Source of the DNA: a virus
Strand: one strand, 5' to 3'
DNA length: 28,400 nt
Virus record (IMG/VR): IMGVR_UViG_3300024581_000703
Span: 1-28,400 of that record
The notes beneath the pieces were generated by a model. It did not search any database. It saw only the letters and a program-made list of their open reading frames with translations, and was not told the origin of the DNA. Within the stretch, counting starts at the first letter, position 1; each line of letters opens with the position of its first letter. The position numbers were made by a program, and so were the translations under genes. This document shows, in pieces, positions 15,000 through 22,630 of this stretch.

Positions 15000-16916
15000 A
15001 TGGCAACGAAAGTAACGGACCTAACAGAACTAACCAGTACGCCCGCGAACGGTGACTATATACACATCATTGATGTAGACGACACCACAGGCGGGGCAGC
15101 AGGAACAAGCAAGAAAGTTACGATTTCGCGGCTGCCGTCAGGGGGTGGTGGTAGCGCAACTATTGCGGTCCGTAACGATACGGGGTCCACAATTACAGCA
15201 GGCACGGCTGTATACATTACGGGAGTTGTAAGTGGTACGCCAACCATTGCAGCAGCAGACAACAGCAGCGCGTCCACAATGAACGCGGCAGGCATCGTGC
15301 AATCCGACATCGCCAACAACACGAACGGTGACATGGTTACCTCAGGTGAAGTGCAGGCTTTGGATACGTCAGCGTTCACAGCAGGCGAAACTTTGTACGT
15401 AGGCACGTCGGGTGCCTTGACCGCTACACGCCCGACAGGTACAGCATTGGTGCAAAACATCGGTACTTGTTTGAAAGTATCAGCGAGTACGGGCAGCATC
15501 ATTGTTCAGGGTGCAGGACGTAGTAACGACGTACCCAACCTACCTAATGGCCAGGTGTTTGTCGGTAACGCATCGGGCGTAGCCGTGGCCCGCGATTTCG
15601 ATGTAGAGGATTTAGGTAACGCAATTACAGGGGGTGCATCGCAGGGGCAGAACCTTGCATACAATACCAGCGGCAACTGGACACTGGACTCACGTACTAA
15701 CCTACTGTATGCCAACTTAAAACAAGGGTCAAGTACAACCATTAACGACGGTGCAGGTACAACGTCAAAGATGGAACTGACATCTACGACCGCTGAATTA
15801 AAGACAGGTACAACGGGCCTAAGGATTACAGAAACCAGCCCAGGCGACATAGAGTTTGATGTAGCGACTGATGCAACAGGTAGCACTACGTTTACCGCGT
15901 TACACCTTGACGGCACTACAACAGCGAACATAGCTGATCTAATTGTCAAAGTTGGTTGCTACTTCAAATTCGAGGACGGTTTATATACCCAATGGATTCG
16001 TCCCAGCTCAGGAACGACAGGCAATACAACCCTTATTTTGCCTGACAAAACGGGAACACTTGTTGTAGAATCTGAGGTACCGACACTTGTAACCGACCTC
16101 ACAGATGTAACCAGTGCGGGAAGCGGTCAGATAATTACCAGCGCAGAGCGAAGTAAGTTGTCAGGCATTGCCGCAGGCGCAGAGGTAAACGCGGTTGATT
16201 CGGTCAACACACAAACGGGTGCGGTAGTGTTGGATGCAGACGACATCAGTGATGCGTCGACTACTAACAAGTTTACGACTGCCGCCGACATCAGCAAATT
16301 AGCAGGCATTGCCACGGCTGCAACCGCTAACCAAACAGATGCGTATTTGCTTGACCGTGCGAACCATACGGGTACACAGTTGGCCGCTACCATTAGCGAC
16401 TTTGCAACACAGGTAAATGCACGGATCGGGTTAGCAAGTATTACGGACTTGTCAGACACAATGAGTTCGTTGGTTGCTTCAAACATTCTAAGGGTGAATG
16501 CCGCAGGAACGGCAGTTGGATTAGAGGACAAACGAATTCCGTATGTAGACAGCGAAGTACAGGCCGACCAAAACAGAATCTTTGAAAAGTCAGTCACAAC
16601 AACCAGTAACAGAATAGTTGATTTCATGAATGACACACTGGCTGCACGCGACAACGCCAACGCAAAAAATTTGTTGGGTTTTTACGACGGCACAGACAAC
16701 ATCGTTTTGGAGGGTATGGTCGATGCGGGCAATTCAATTGCAGGAGCATCAGCAGGCGCACCATTATGGTTGGGTGCATCGGGTGCGTTTAGTGCGACAG
16801 CACCAACAACAGCGACAGAGTATTCGCGCGTAGTAGGGCATTACATTGGAGCAGGGCAGGGCAGCGAAATTTTTGTTTACTTCAATCCTTCACGGGATTG
16901 GGTCCAAATTGATTAA
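15000..16916 (+). CDS. Tail fibre protein (638 aa)
   Basis: N-terminus TDLTELTSTPANGDYIHIIDVDD...KKVTISRL. Repeated motifs SAERSKLSGIAAGAEVN and AADISKLAGIATAATAN, of the K-L-x-G-I type seen in fibres. Ala/Thr/Gly/Ser-rich composition. Confidence 0.75.
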   Translation: MATKVTDLTELTSTPANGDYIHIIDVDDTTGGAAGTSKKVTISRLPSGGGGSATIAVRNDTGSTITAGTAVYITGVVSGTPTIAAADNSSASTMNAAGIVQSDIANNTNGDMVTSGEVQALDTSAFTAGETLYVGTSGALTATRPTGTALVQNIGTCLKVSASTGSIIVQGAGRSNDVPNLPNGQVFVGNASGVAVARDFDVEDLGNAITGGASQGQNLAYNTSGNWTLDSRTNLLYANLKQGSSTTINDGAGTTSKMELTSTTAELKTGTTGLRITETSPGDIEFDVATDATGSTTFTALHLDGTTTANIADLIVKVGCYFKFEDGLYTQWIRPSSGTTGNTTLILPDKTGTLVVESEVPTLVTDLTDVTSAGSGQIITSAERSKLSGIAAGAEVNAVDSVNTQTGAVVLDADDISDASTTNKFTTAADISKLAGIATAATANQTDAYLLDRANHTGTQLAATISDFATQVNARIGLASITDLSDTMSSLVASNILRVNAAGTAVGLEDKRIPYVDSEVQADQNRIFEKSVTTTSNRIVDFMNDTLAARDNANAKNLLGFYDGTDNIVLEGMVDAGNSIAGASAGAPLWLGASGAFSATAPTTATEYSRVVGHYIGAGQGSEIFVYFNPSRDWVQID

Positions 16917-16918
16917 TC

Positions 16919-18103
16919 ATGGGAGAAATTAGCGGAGTACCAACGGCAGACATAAACAACGTAGACGGGTTTTTTACTACCCAAGGCGGTGGATCAGGGA
17001 TAACTCCCAAAGCAGTAACCAACACAGGAGTGCAGATGTACGGTTCTGCGACTGTTTGGGCGAACCCTGATGTAACAAAGCCATTCAACATCGGCCCTGC
17101 ATACACTGCAAACACGTTTATTAAGATCGTTGTGAGCCGCAGCTATTTGCAGTTTCACGCCTTGAAAAGCGACGGCACGTTGTGGTATTGGTCTACGAAT
17201 AGCACATACATGGGTAGCGGATTTACGACGGACGGCACATGGCGGCAGTACGGAAGTGATACAGATTGGACAGATATTTGTGGAGGTCAAAACACCTTTG
17301 GTGCAATTAAGGGCGGCAACATTATGTTCCTTGGTTATGGTTCATACAGGCAACGGGGAGACGGCAGCCTCAGTTCTACATCGTCCTGGACAACTGTAAA
17401 CACAGCAGGTAATTGGGTTAAGATACACCACGGGTACCGCCATGCCTGGGCCATTAACAGCAGCGGCGAAGCATATTCCTCAGGGTATGGTTACGACTAC
17501 ATGACAGGACAAGGAACCACTTCAACCATTGCAACATTTACGAGAGAACAAAACAGCCTGACTAACATCGTTGAAGCGGCAGGTGGGTACCGTTGTTCAT
17601 GGTTACGCAATAGCAGCGGCGACGTTTACTTTACAGGGAACAATGGTCAAGGTGTGGCAGGCCCACAAATTACGACTACATCGAGCCGTAACGGACCCCT
17701 ATTAGCTGTGGACAGCACAACGAATTACGTGTGTACCAAGATATGTAACCACAGTTACCACGGCGGTTGCCATATTGATTCGACAGGATACTTAAGATTT
17801 AGCGGTGAAGGCAGCAGCTACTTGCGACCTGACAACAGCACTGCCGACAGAAAATTAGGGTCGGGCGGCTTTCAATTGACAGGTGCAGGGTCAGGGTGGA
17901 CCTTCTACGACGCATCAGAATGGACGGGATCGACAAGTGAAATGTTGGGTGTTGGCATTAAGTCGGGTGCATTTTGGATTGGAGGTGAAGATTCTGAAGA
18001 ATTCAAAGAAGTATTTGGTCAGTCCGTTAGCAAGCTGTGGTATCAGGTAAGGACAGGAGTAACAACAGCAACGCAGAGAGCAGCCGTTTTAGTAGCAGGA
18101 TAA
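16919..18103 (+). CDS. RCC1-like beta-propeller repeat protein (394 aa), probably a fibre-associated or receptor-binding protein
   Basis: Six repeats spaced about 47-57 aa apart: ALKSDGTLWYWSTN, AIKGGNIMFLGYG, AINSSGEAYSSGYG, WLRNSSGDVYFTGNNGQG, HIDSTGYLRFSGEG and GIKSGAFWIGGED. The gene starts 2 nt after the fibre gene stop. Confidence 0.55.
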   Translation: MGEISGVPTADINNVDGFFTTQGGGSGITPKAVTNTGVQMYGSATVWANPDVTKPFNIGPAYTANTFIKIVVSRSYLQFHALKSDGTLWYWSTNSTYMGSGFTTDGTWRQYGSDTDWTDICGGQNTFGAIKGGNIMFLGYGSYRQRGDGSLSSTSSWTTVNTAGNWVKIHHGYRHAWAINSSGEAYSSGYGYDYMTGQGTTSTIATFTREQNSLTNIVEAAGGYRCSWLRNSSGDVYFTGNNGQGVAGPQITTTSSRNGPLLAVDSTTNYVCTKICNHSYHGGCHIDSTGYLRFSGEGSSYLRPDNSTADRKLGSGGFQLTGAGSGWTFYDASEWTGSTSEMLGVGIKSGAFWIGGEDSEEFKEVFGQSVSKLWYQVRTGVTTATQRAAVLVAG

Positions 18104-18366
18104 TGATAAAAGGAAATACATACAGGATAGTTGTATCTGAGGATACCGATTTCTTTGCAGGTTGGGTTGACAGCCGCGTACCCAACATGGTCTTTATGTA
18201 TGACCAGGAGGACCTTACACAATGCGAATTGGTAGACGGCATCTATTATGCAACGTACGAAACATGGGTGGTAGATGAAGCGCGGCAAATGACTTACCTA
18301 CAACCTGATGGAACACACGTTACGATTGACGTACCAGTAGGAGAATATGGAAAACAAGATGGATAG
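18103..18366 (+). CDS. Hypothetical protein (87 aa). I prefer the ATG at 18103 over the track start at 18037.
   Basis: The in-frame ATG at 18103 overlaps the upstream TAA (TAATG), the coupling pattern used genome-wide. The 18037 start would overlap the RCC1-like gene by 67 nt. Confidence 0.5.
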   Translation: MIKGNTYRIVVSEDTDFFAGWVDSRVPNMVFMYDQEDLTQCELVDGIYYATYETWVVDEARQMTYLQPDGTHVTIDVPVGEYGKQDG

Positions 18367-18574
18367 TACACAAATAGCCATGGTTGTTGAGGCCGTTACC
18401 CTACTGGGTGGTGGTGTTGCTGCATGGGTAAAGATTAATAATGAGGTCACGGTTTTAAAGTCCCGAATCATTCGATTGGAGAAACGGGAGGACGACGTGC
18501 AAAGAACATTGAACGTGTTGGTCGAGGGTATCAACGAAATCAAATTGTTGTTGGCACGCAAGGGTATCGAATGA
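18347..18574 (+). CDS. Lysis-cassette membrane protein (75 aa): N-terminal TM helix plus a coiled coil; holin or spanin-like candidate
   Basis: Hydrophobic IAMVVEAVTLLGGGVAAWV is followed by a charged helical tail. The gene is ATGA-coupled to the amidase gene. Confidence 0.4.
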   Translation: MENKMDSTQIAMVVEAVTLLGGGVAAWVKINNEVTVLKSRIIRLEKREDDVQRTLNVLVEGINEIKLLLARKGIE

Positions 18575-19014
18575 GGACGTACGAGAAAATCATATTGCAT
18601 TGTACGGCCACGGTAGAGGGTGCCCATTTTGACGTTGATACAATACGCAGGTGGCACACTTCACCCCCGCGAAATTGGCGGGATATTGGGTACCACTTTC
18701 TGATCTACCTCGACGGGTCCATACATACGGGTCGACCCATTACAGAAATCGGTGCCCATTGCAAGGGGCAAAACAGTTGCAGTGTAGGTATCGCATACGT
18801 GGGCGGCGTTGACTGGGACCACGAACCAAAGGATACCATGACAGCCGAACAAGAAATGGCTGTGTTACTTTTAGTCCGTAGCTTGCGGACGGTGTTTGGT
18901 CCGATGACATTACACGGACACAATGAATTCGCTAACAAAGCCTGCCCGTCATTCGATGTGCAGGACAAATACAAATTTTTAATCCTACAAAATGATGGAG
19001 TTTCTAACCACTAA
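18571..19014 (+). CDS. N-acetylmuramoyl-L-alanine amidase endolysin (Amidase_2 / PGRP, T7-lysozyme-like)
   Basis: KIILHCTAT, WRDIGYHFLI, GAHCKGQNSCSVGIAYVGG and LHGHNEFANKACPSFDV are the zinc-ligand and catalytic motifs of the family. Confidence 0.9.
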   Translation: MRTYEKIILHCTATVEGAHFDVDTIRRWHTSPPRNWRDIGYHFLIYLDGSIHTGRPITEIGAHCKGQNSCSVGIAYVGGVDWDHEPKDTMTAEQEMAVLLLVRSLRTVFGPMTLHGHNEFANKACPSFDVQDKYKFLILQNDGVSNH

Positions 19015-19174
19015 CTGGGCCGAACTTGCGTTGGCCGTCCTGACCCTTTTGGGTACATTGTCTGCCTTGACTGAAAGCACCAAGGACGACCGCATCGTAG
19101 ACGTGTTGTCACGGATCGTGAACGCGGTAGTTTTCGGGCGGTCAAAACGCAGCAAGAAGCAGCCCAAAAAATAA
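18992..19174 (+). CDS. Small membrane protein (60 aa), holin candidate
   Basis: A single TM helix (WAELALAVLTLLGTLSAL), then TESTKDDRIVD and a Lys/Arg-rich C-terminus. It is the last gene before the strong terminator. Confidence 0.45.
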   Translation: MMEFLTTNWAELALAVLTLLGTLSALTESTKDDRIVDVLSRIVNAVVFGRSKRSKKQPKK

Positions 19175-19219
19175 TCGTACGGGGGGGTTTTTCGTTTCCT
19201 TCTACCCCCTTTGCGGTAA

Positions 19220-19249
19220 CCCCTGCCTACACGGTGGGGGTTTTTTTTT
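19220..19249 (+). terminator. Strong rho-independent terminator closing the late/lysis operon
   Basis: CCCCTGCC (19220-19227) pairs with GGTGGGGG (19233-19240), giving 6 GC pairs and 2 GU pairs around the loop TACAC, followed by T9 (19241-19249). Confidence 0.8.
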
Positions 19250-19267
19250 GAGGTAGGTGTTGTATAT

Positions 19268-19552
19268 ATGGGGTATTTACCCTATACTTGCATCATGTTT
19301 AAAGAAGGAATACGTCGTTTGTTTCCCCACGACGACGCAAAAAAAAGGTGGGAAAAGAGAGGTGTTCAATTGTTCAGCCTGGTCGAAGACCTGAAAGAAC
19401 ACCCTGACAGCGAAGGTTTAATGGTATTGCTTTCATCGGCATTGGATTTGTGCGAACGCAGGTTGGCAGGAATTGAAAAGCTGGAAAGAGTGAACGACCA
19501 GGAATTGATGGACCACGTAAGGCAAGTGTTGAACGACGTAAAGAAATGGTGA
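19268..19552 (+). CDS. Hypothetical early protein (94 aa; start may instead be the in-frame ATG at 19295)
   Basis: First ORF after the terminator. No recognised motif. Confidence 0.5.
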   Translation: MGYLPYTCIMFKEGIRRLFPHDDAKKRWEKRGVQLFSLVEDLKEHPDSEGLMVLLSSALDLCERRLAGIEKLERVNDQELMDHVRQVLNDVKKW

Positions 19553-19806
19553 TGAACAACCCAGTGACATTAATATACCCCGACGGAATGACGGGAGTGA
19601 TGAACATTAAGTTGAACCTAAAGCAGATGCAGGAATTAGTGGGCGGCTACATAACCACTGCACCATGCAACGTAGAGGACCATTTGCTAATCGTAAATGA
19701 GGAGGGCCTGCTGCACGACCTGCCGTTAAATCCCTCAGCCAGTGATATAGCAGGTATGCCCATTGTAGGCGTTGCCTTAATGATCCACAAAGACGACTTT
19801 GAATAA
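19546..19806 (+). CDS. DUF3846-like protein (86 aa)
   Basis: LKQMQELVGGYI...LLIVNEEGLLHDLPLNPSAS...IVGVALMI follows the DUF3846 pattern (VGG-IE ... NEEG-l-gLP-N ... i-G). Confidence 0.65.
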   Translation: MVMNNPVTLIYPDGMTGVMNIKLNLKQMQELVGGYITTAPCNVEDHLLIVNEEGLLHDLPLNPSASDIAGMPIVGVALMIHKDDFE

Positions 19807-19825
19807 ACCTAAAAACCATAAAGAC

Positions 19826-19999
19826 ATGGAAGAAAAGAAGGACAACAAAATGACAAAGGCAGAGGTAGTAAACGCCACGCTGAAATCCGCGTTGAAAGAC
19901 GCAGAGTTTAAGGTCGAATACCACACGACAGAACTGCAAAAGGCAATGATGTTGGTGGAAGGACTAATGGAGTTGAAAGAAAAAAATGAAGGAAAATGA
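19826..19999 (+). CDS. Small coiled-coil protein (57 aa from the ATG at 19826; the track start at 19799 is TTG)
   Basis: In-frame ATG at 19826, helical charged sequence, ATGA-coupled to the next gene. Confidence 0.45.
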   Translation: MEEKKDNKMTKAEVVNATLKSALKDAEFKVEYHTTELQKAMMLVEGLMELKEKNEGK

Positions 20000-20271
20000 A
20001 AGGGACAACTTACATAGACATCAGCGAGGCACTACACCTGGAAATCGAATACAACTATACCCCCGAAATAAGTAGTGCAGATTATGATGTGCCGCCTGAC
20101 CCTGAGGAATTAGGGGTGGAGGAGGTATACCTCTGTGGTATCGTCGACTTAGGCGGGGGGAAGAACTCATGGGTAAGGATTAACATCTTCTCTGAGTGGG
20201 AAGATTTAGCCAGCGAATTGGACTGGGATAATATCAGAGACAAAGCATTAAAACACGCAAAGGAATCATGA
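19996..20271 (+). CDS. Hypothetical acidic early protein (91 aa)
   Basis: ORF with ATGA coupling at both ends. Confidence 0.55.
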   Translation: MKGTTYIDISEALHLEIEYNYTPEISSADYDVPPDPEELGVEEVYLCGIVDLGGGKNSWVRINIFSEWEDLASELDWDNIRDKALKHAKES

Positions 20272-20768
20272 ACGTAAAGGAAAGTAAAATCGTAAACGTG
20301 CAAGGCGCGGGGACGTTCCAGCCCGAAGGCGGGCAGTTGCTGTACAAATTTGAATATGAATTCGAGGACGGCAGCACGTTGAAGGCAAACCACAAAACAG
20401 ATAAGTGCCCATTTAACGTGGGCGATACTGTGGAATACGAGGTGCGAGGCAGTAATAGCTATGGCAGTTGGGGAGCAGTTCGAAAGAAGGGAAGCCAACA
20501 ACGCAGGGGATCGGGAGGCGGTGGCTATGATGCAGCGACCACCGAACGTATCGAACGGTCCTGGGCCTTGGAAGTAGCAGTGAAAGCATTGGGTCCTATT
20601 ACACGTCCTGCCACCCCTGACAGCATGAACGTATATATGCGGGAGGTATGCCGTTTGGCAGATGTGGTGTGGAAAACACGCGACACATTCCCAAGGTTTG
20701 AGCAGGAGGATTTAGTGCGGGCCTACTGGGATTCGCAAATGGCAAACGATGACGACCTGCCTTTCTGA
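20268..20768 (+). CDS. Putative ssDNA-binding or replisome-hub protein with a bacterial SSB-type C-terminal tip (166 aa)
   Basis: Ends in ...MANDDDLPF (E. coli SSB ends ...DDDIPF). It has a beta-rich N-terminal ~75 aa, a Gly-rich linker GSQQRRGSGGGGY, and a helical C-terminal half. It does not look like a canonical SSB OB-fold sequence to me. Confidence 0.45.
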   Translation: MNVKESKIVNVQGAGTFQPEGGQLLYKFEYEFEDGSTLKANHKTDKCPFNVGDTVEYEVRGSNSYGSWGAVRKKGSQQRRGSGGGGYDAATTERIERSWALEVAVKALGPITRPATPDSMNVYMREVCRLADVVWKTRDTFPRFEQEDLVRAYWDSQMANDDDLPF

Positions 20769-21004
20769 TGGGCAAGATGAAAGCAACGATACCCGACTAC
20801 CCTACGGTCGAGTACACCACGATCGGTGAACCTGGGCCGTGGGGTATCGAGGTATACCAGTGGGCCATGGACCATGCGTTGAGAGAGGTAAAGCCTGCCG
20901 ACGTGGAACCTTGGCCCACATATTTCAAACGCGTACAAGGGTATGCACGTTTTATTTTAGACACACTTAAAGATTTAGACAATGACACTGGGCACCTGGA
21001 TTAA
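20768..21004 (+). CDS. Hypothetical small protein (78 aa) immediately upstream of the HTH gene
   Basis: TGATG coupling to the upstream gene, and a 23-nt overlap with the downstream HTH gene. Confidence 0.55.
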   Translation: MGKMKATIPDYPTVEYTTIGEPGPWGIEVYQWAMDHALREVKPADVEPWPTYFKRVQGYARFILDTLKDLDNDTGHLD

Positions 21005-21230
21005 GGTAAAATTTGGAACGCACCAACGATTGAACGATGCGTTAGGGGTAGGCAAGAACACAGTAAACAGGTGGTACAACACCGACCCCAAAAGGTTCTT
21101 TATGTACTTACCGCAATTAGCGAAATGGTCAGACACAGACCCTGAGGACCTAATTAAAATGATTGAACAACGGTGCGATGACGTACGCGCTTTGCGACTT
21201 AACGATACAGGAGTTGAAAGACCTGCGTAA
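20982..21230 (+). CDS. Helix-turn-helix DNA-binding protein (Cro/XRE-like), 82 aa
   Basis: THQRLNDALGVGKNTVNRWY is a typical HTH with a Gly turn. Confidence 0.55.
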   Translation: MTLGTWIKVKFGTHQRLNDALGVGKNTVNRWYNTDPKRFFMYLPQLAKWSDTDPEDLIKMIEQRCDDVRALRLNDTGVERPA

Positions 21231-21357
21231 ATGGTTGCTGATTCGCTACGCCAACACCGAAGTACATTCCAGGATACACGTTGCCATAGGGGAAAAGGTA
21301 GACCTGGTTAGTTTGGAGTTGGTACGCAGGACAGGTGACCAAAAGTATAAGCCATGA
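21178..21357 (+). CDS. Hypothetical small protein (59 aa from the ATG at 21178; the track start at 21163 is TTG)
   Basis: The stop is ATGA-coupled to the replisome organizer gene. It overlaps the HTH gene 3' end by 53 nt, so it is uncertain. Confidence 0.35.
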   Translation: MTYALCDLTIQELKDLRKWLLIRYANTEVHSRIHVAIGEKVDLVSLELVRRTGDQKYKP

Positions 21358-22043
21358 AGAAGGCGAAACGTCAAGGGGTTTGGATCCCAGCAGAGATATA
21401 CAACGACAAGACGTTGACCTGGACGCAGAAACTAATGTTGGTTGAGATAGCAAGTTTCTGTAACAATGGCCGTGAATGCTACGTAAGCAACGAACACCTG
21501 GGAAAATTTTTGCAGGTGAGCAACAGCCAGGTGGTGAAGGTGCTGCGTTCATTGGTTGACCGTGGGTTAGTGCTACGTAAATTCATACCACACGATGAAG
21601 GTAACAGGCGCATCTTGTCGGTAGCTGATGGGTACGCACCGACGACTACCCCCGTAGTCATGGAGTCCACCCCCCACCCAGCACCTACGACTACCCCCCA
21701 TGAGCATGGAGGAGTAGGGGGGGGTAAGCGTGGAGGACTACATACTAATACAGGTACTACTAATACAGTGACTAAAACAGGTACTAAGGGCAAGCCCGCC
21801 GACATTCAAGAAGTGAGGGATTATTTCAAGGAATTGGGTATGGGGTTCTTAGAAGCCGAAAGGTTTTGGGATTGGTACACGCAAACAGGATGGAAGTTGA
21901 AAGGCGGCAACACCATTAAGGACTGGAAAGCTACCGCCCGCAATTGGAAAAGAAGATTAGATGAAAGAAGTAAAGACACGCGAGGGTTCAAGCAATCAAA
22001 TTTCAATGCTGAAGCCCTGCACAATTATGTTGTTGAAGGATAA
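21354..22043 (+). CDS. Replisome organizer / replication initiator-like protein (229 aa)
   Basis: N-terminal winged-HTH-like segment (LTWTQKLMLVEIASF...VSNEHLGKFLQVSNSQVVKVLRSLVDRGLV), a Thr/Pro/Gly low-complexity linker, and a C-terminal VRDYFKELG...AERFWDWYTQTGWKLKGGNTIKDWKATARNWKRR motif common in phage replication-organizer C-termini. Confidence 0.6.
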   Translation: MKKAKRQGVWIPAEIYNDKTLTWTQKLMLVEIASFCNNGRECYVSNEHLGKFLQVSNSQVVKVLRSLVDRGLVLRKFIPHDEGNRRILSVADGYAPTTTPVVMESTPHPAPTTTPHEHGGVGGGKRGGLHTNTGTTNTVTKTGTKGKPADIQEVRDYFKELGMGFLEAERFWDWYTQTGWKLKGGNTIKDWKATARNWKRRLDERSKDTRGFKQSNFNAEALHNYVVEG

Positions 22044-22605
22044 CCTCGTATCCGTCACACCCGAAGACGCATGGAAAAACGGAACGACCATGCAGGCAGC
22101 GGTAGCAGATAGCCCCGCCATGATCCGTGGTTGGCTTATGGCTGAGGTAGGCAGGCTATGCAAAGAGATGAGCATGAAGACCACAATTTCCAGCGACGAA
22201 GAATTAATCTTTTGCGTCAAATCAATCATTGATGAACACCCCAGCATTCGGATCGAGGAGGTGCGGGTTTGTTTCGACATGATTAGAAAAGGAAAGTTTG
22301 GCAAATTGTATGAGCGTTTGAAGACAGCAGAGATTCTGCAATTCTTGCGGGAGTACGAAGGCACGGTACGCTGTGACGTAATGGATAGATTGCGACAGCA
22401 GGAACAGCATTACTATCAGCAGGAGGCCCGCGAACGTATTGGTCAAAGCAGGGTCAGCGAAATTGTAAAGCAGTTACCCGACGCACCACGCGAAAAGGTA
22501 GACGGTCACGGCGTTGGGTCGAGGCTGCGAAAGAACCTGGACAAAATCGTGCCGCTAACCAAGGAACAGGAAATGGAGTTAATAGCGCAGCAACAGGGTA
22601 AATAA
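22027..22605 (+). CDS. Hypothetical replication-module protein (192 aa from the ATG at 22027)
   Basis: The in-frame ATG at 22027 gives a 17-nt overlap with the upstream gene, whereas the track start at 21961 overlaps by 83 nt. No confident motif. Confidence 0.5.
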   Translation: MLLKDNLVSVTPEDAWKNGTTMQAAVADSPAMIRGWLMAEVGRLCKEMSMKTTISSDEELIFCVKSIIDEHPSIRIEEVRVCFDMIRKGKFGKLYERLKTAEILQFLREYEGTVRCDVMDRLRQQEQHYYQQEARERIGQSRVSEIVKQLPDAPREKVDGHGVGSRLRKNLDKIVPLTKEQEMELIAQQQGK

Positions 22606-22630
22606 ACAACCTTCGCCTATCTTTGAGAGG

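Noticed and set aside
15056-16660. Three long minus-strand ORFs (148, 147 and 177 aa) opposite the tail fibre gene
   Set aside because: They are antisense shadows of an Ala/Thr/Gly/Ser-rich gene. Their Val/Ala/Ser/Pro-rich products have no motifs, while the + strand frame has clear fibre motifs.
15000-18103. Possible diversity-generating retroelement target in the fibre or RCC1-like genes
   Set aside because: No reverse transcriptase gene is present anywhere in the genome, and I saw no template/variable repeat pair with A-specific mismatches.
19181-19209. G7 ... C5 hairpin upstream of the main terminator, considered as a second or bidirectional terminator
   Set aside because: The loop is about 17 nt, the stem is only 5 bp of G:C, and no proper T-tract follows the 3' arm. 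It is probably only an accessory structure to the strong terminator at 19220-19249.
19247-19290. Attempt to find a Bacteroidota-type early promoter (TTTG ... TAnnTTTG) after the terminator
   Set aside because: TTTG (19247-19250) and the near-match TATACTTG (19283-19290) are about 32 nt apart, which is too far for the usual spacing as I recall it. I cannot support a promoter call here.
19339-19346. A8 run in the first early gene
   Set aside because: It encodes AKKRW in frame, within a short ORF of unknown function. There is no domain boundary or alternative-frame signal to suggest recoding.
21717-21724. G8 run in the replication-organizer gene, considered as a frameshift or phase-variation site
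   Set aside because: The in-frame reading is continuous (GGVGGGKRGG) and both protein domains are in the same frame. There is no alternative-frame ORF with coupling evidence, unlike at the T9 and A11 sites.
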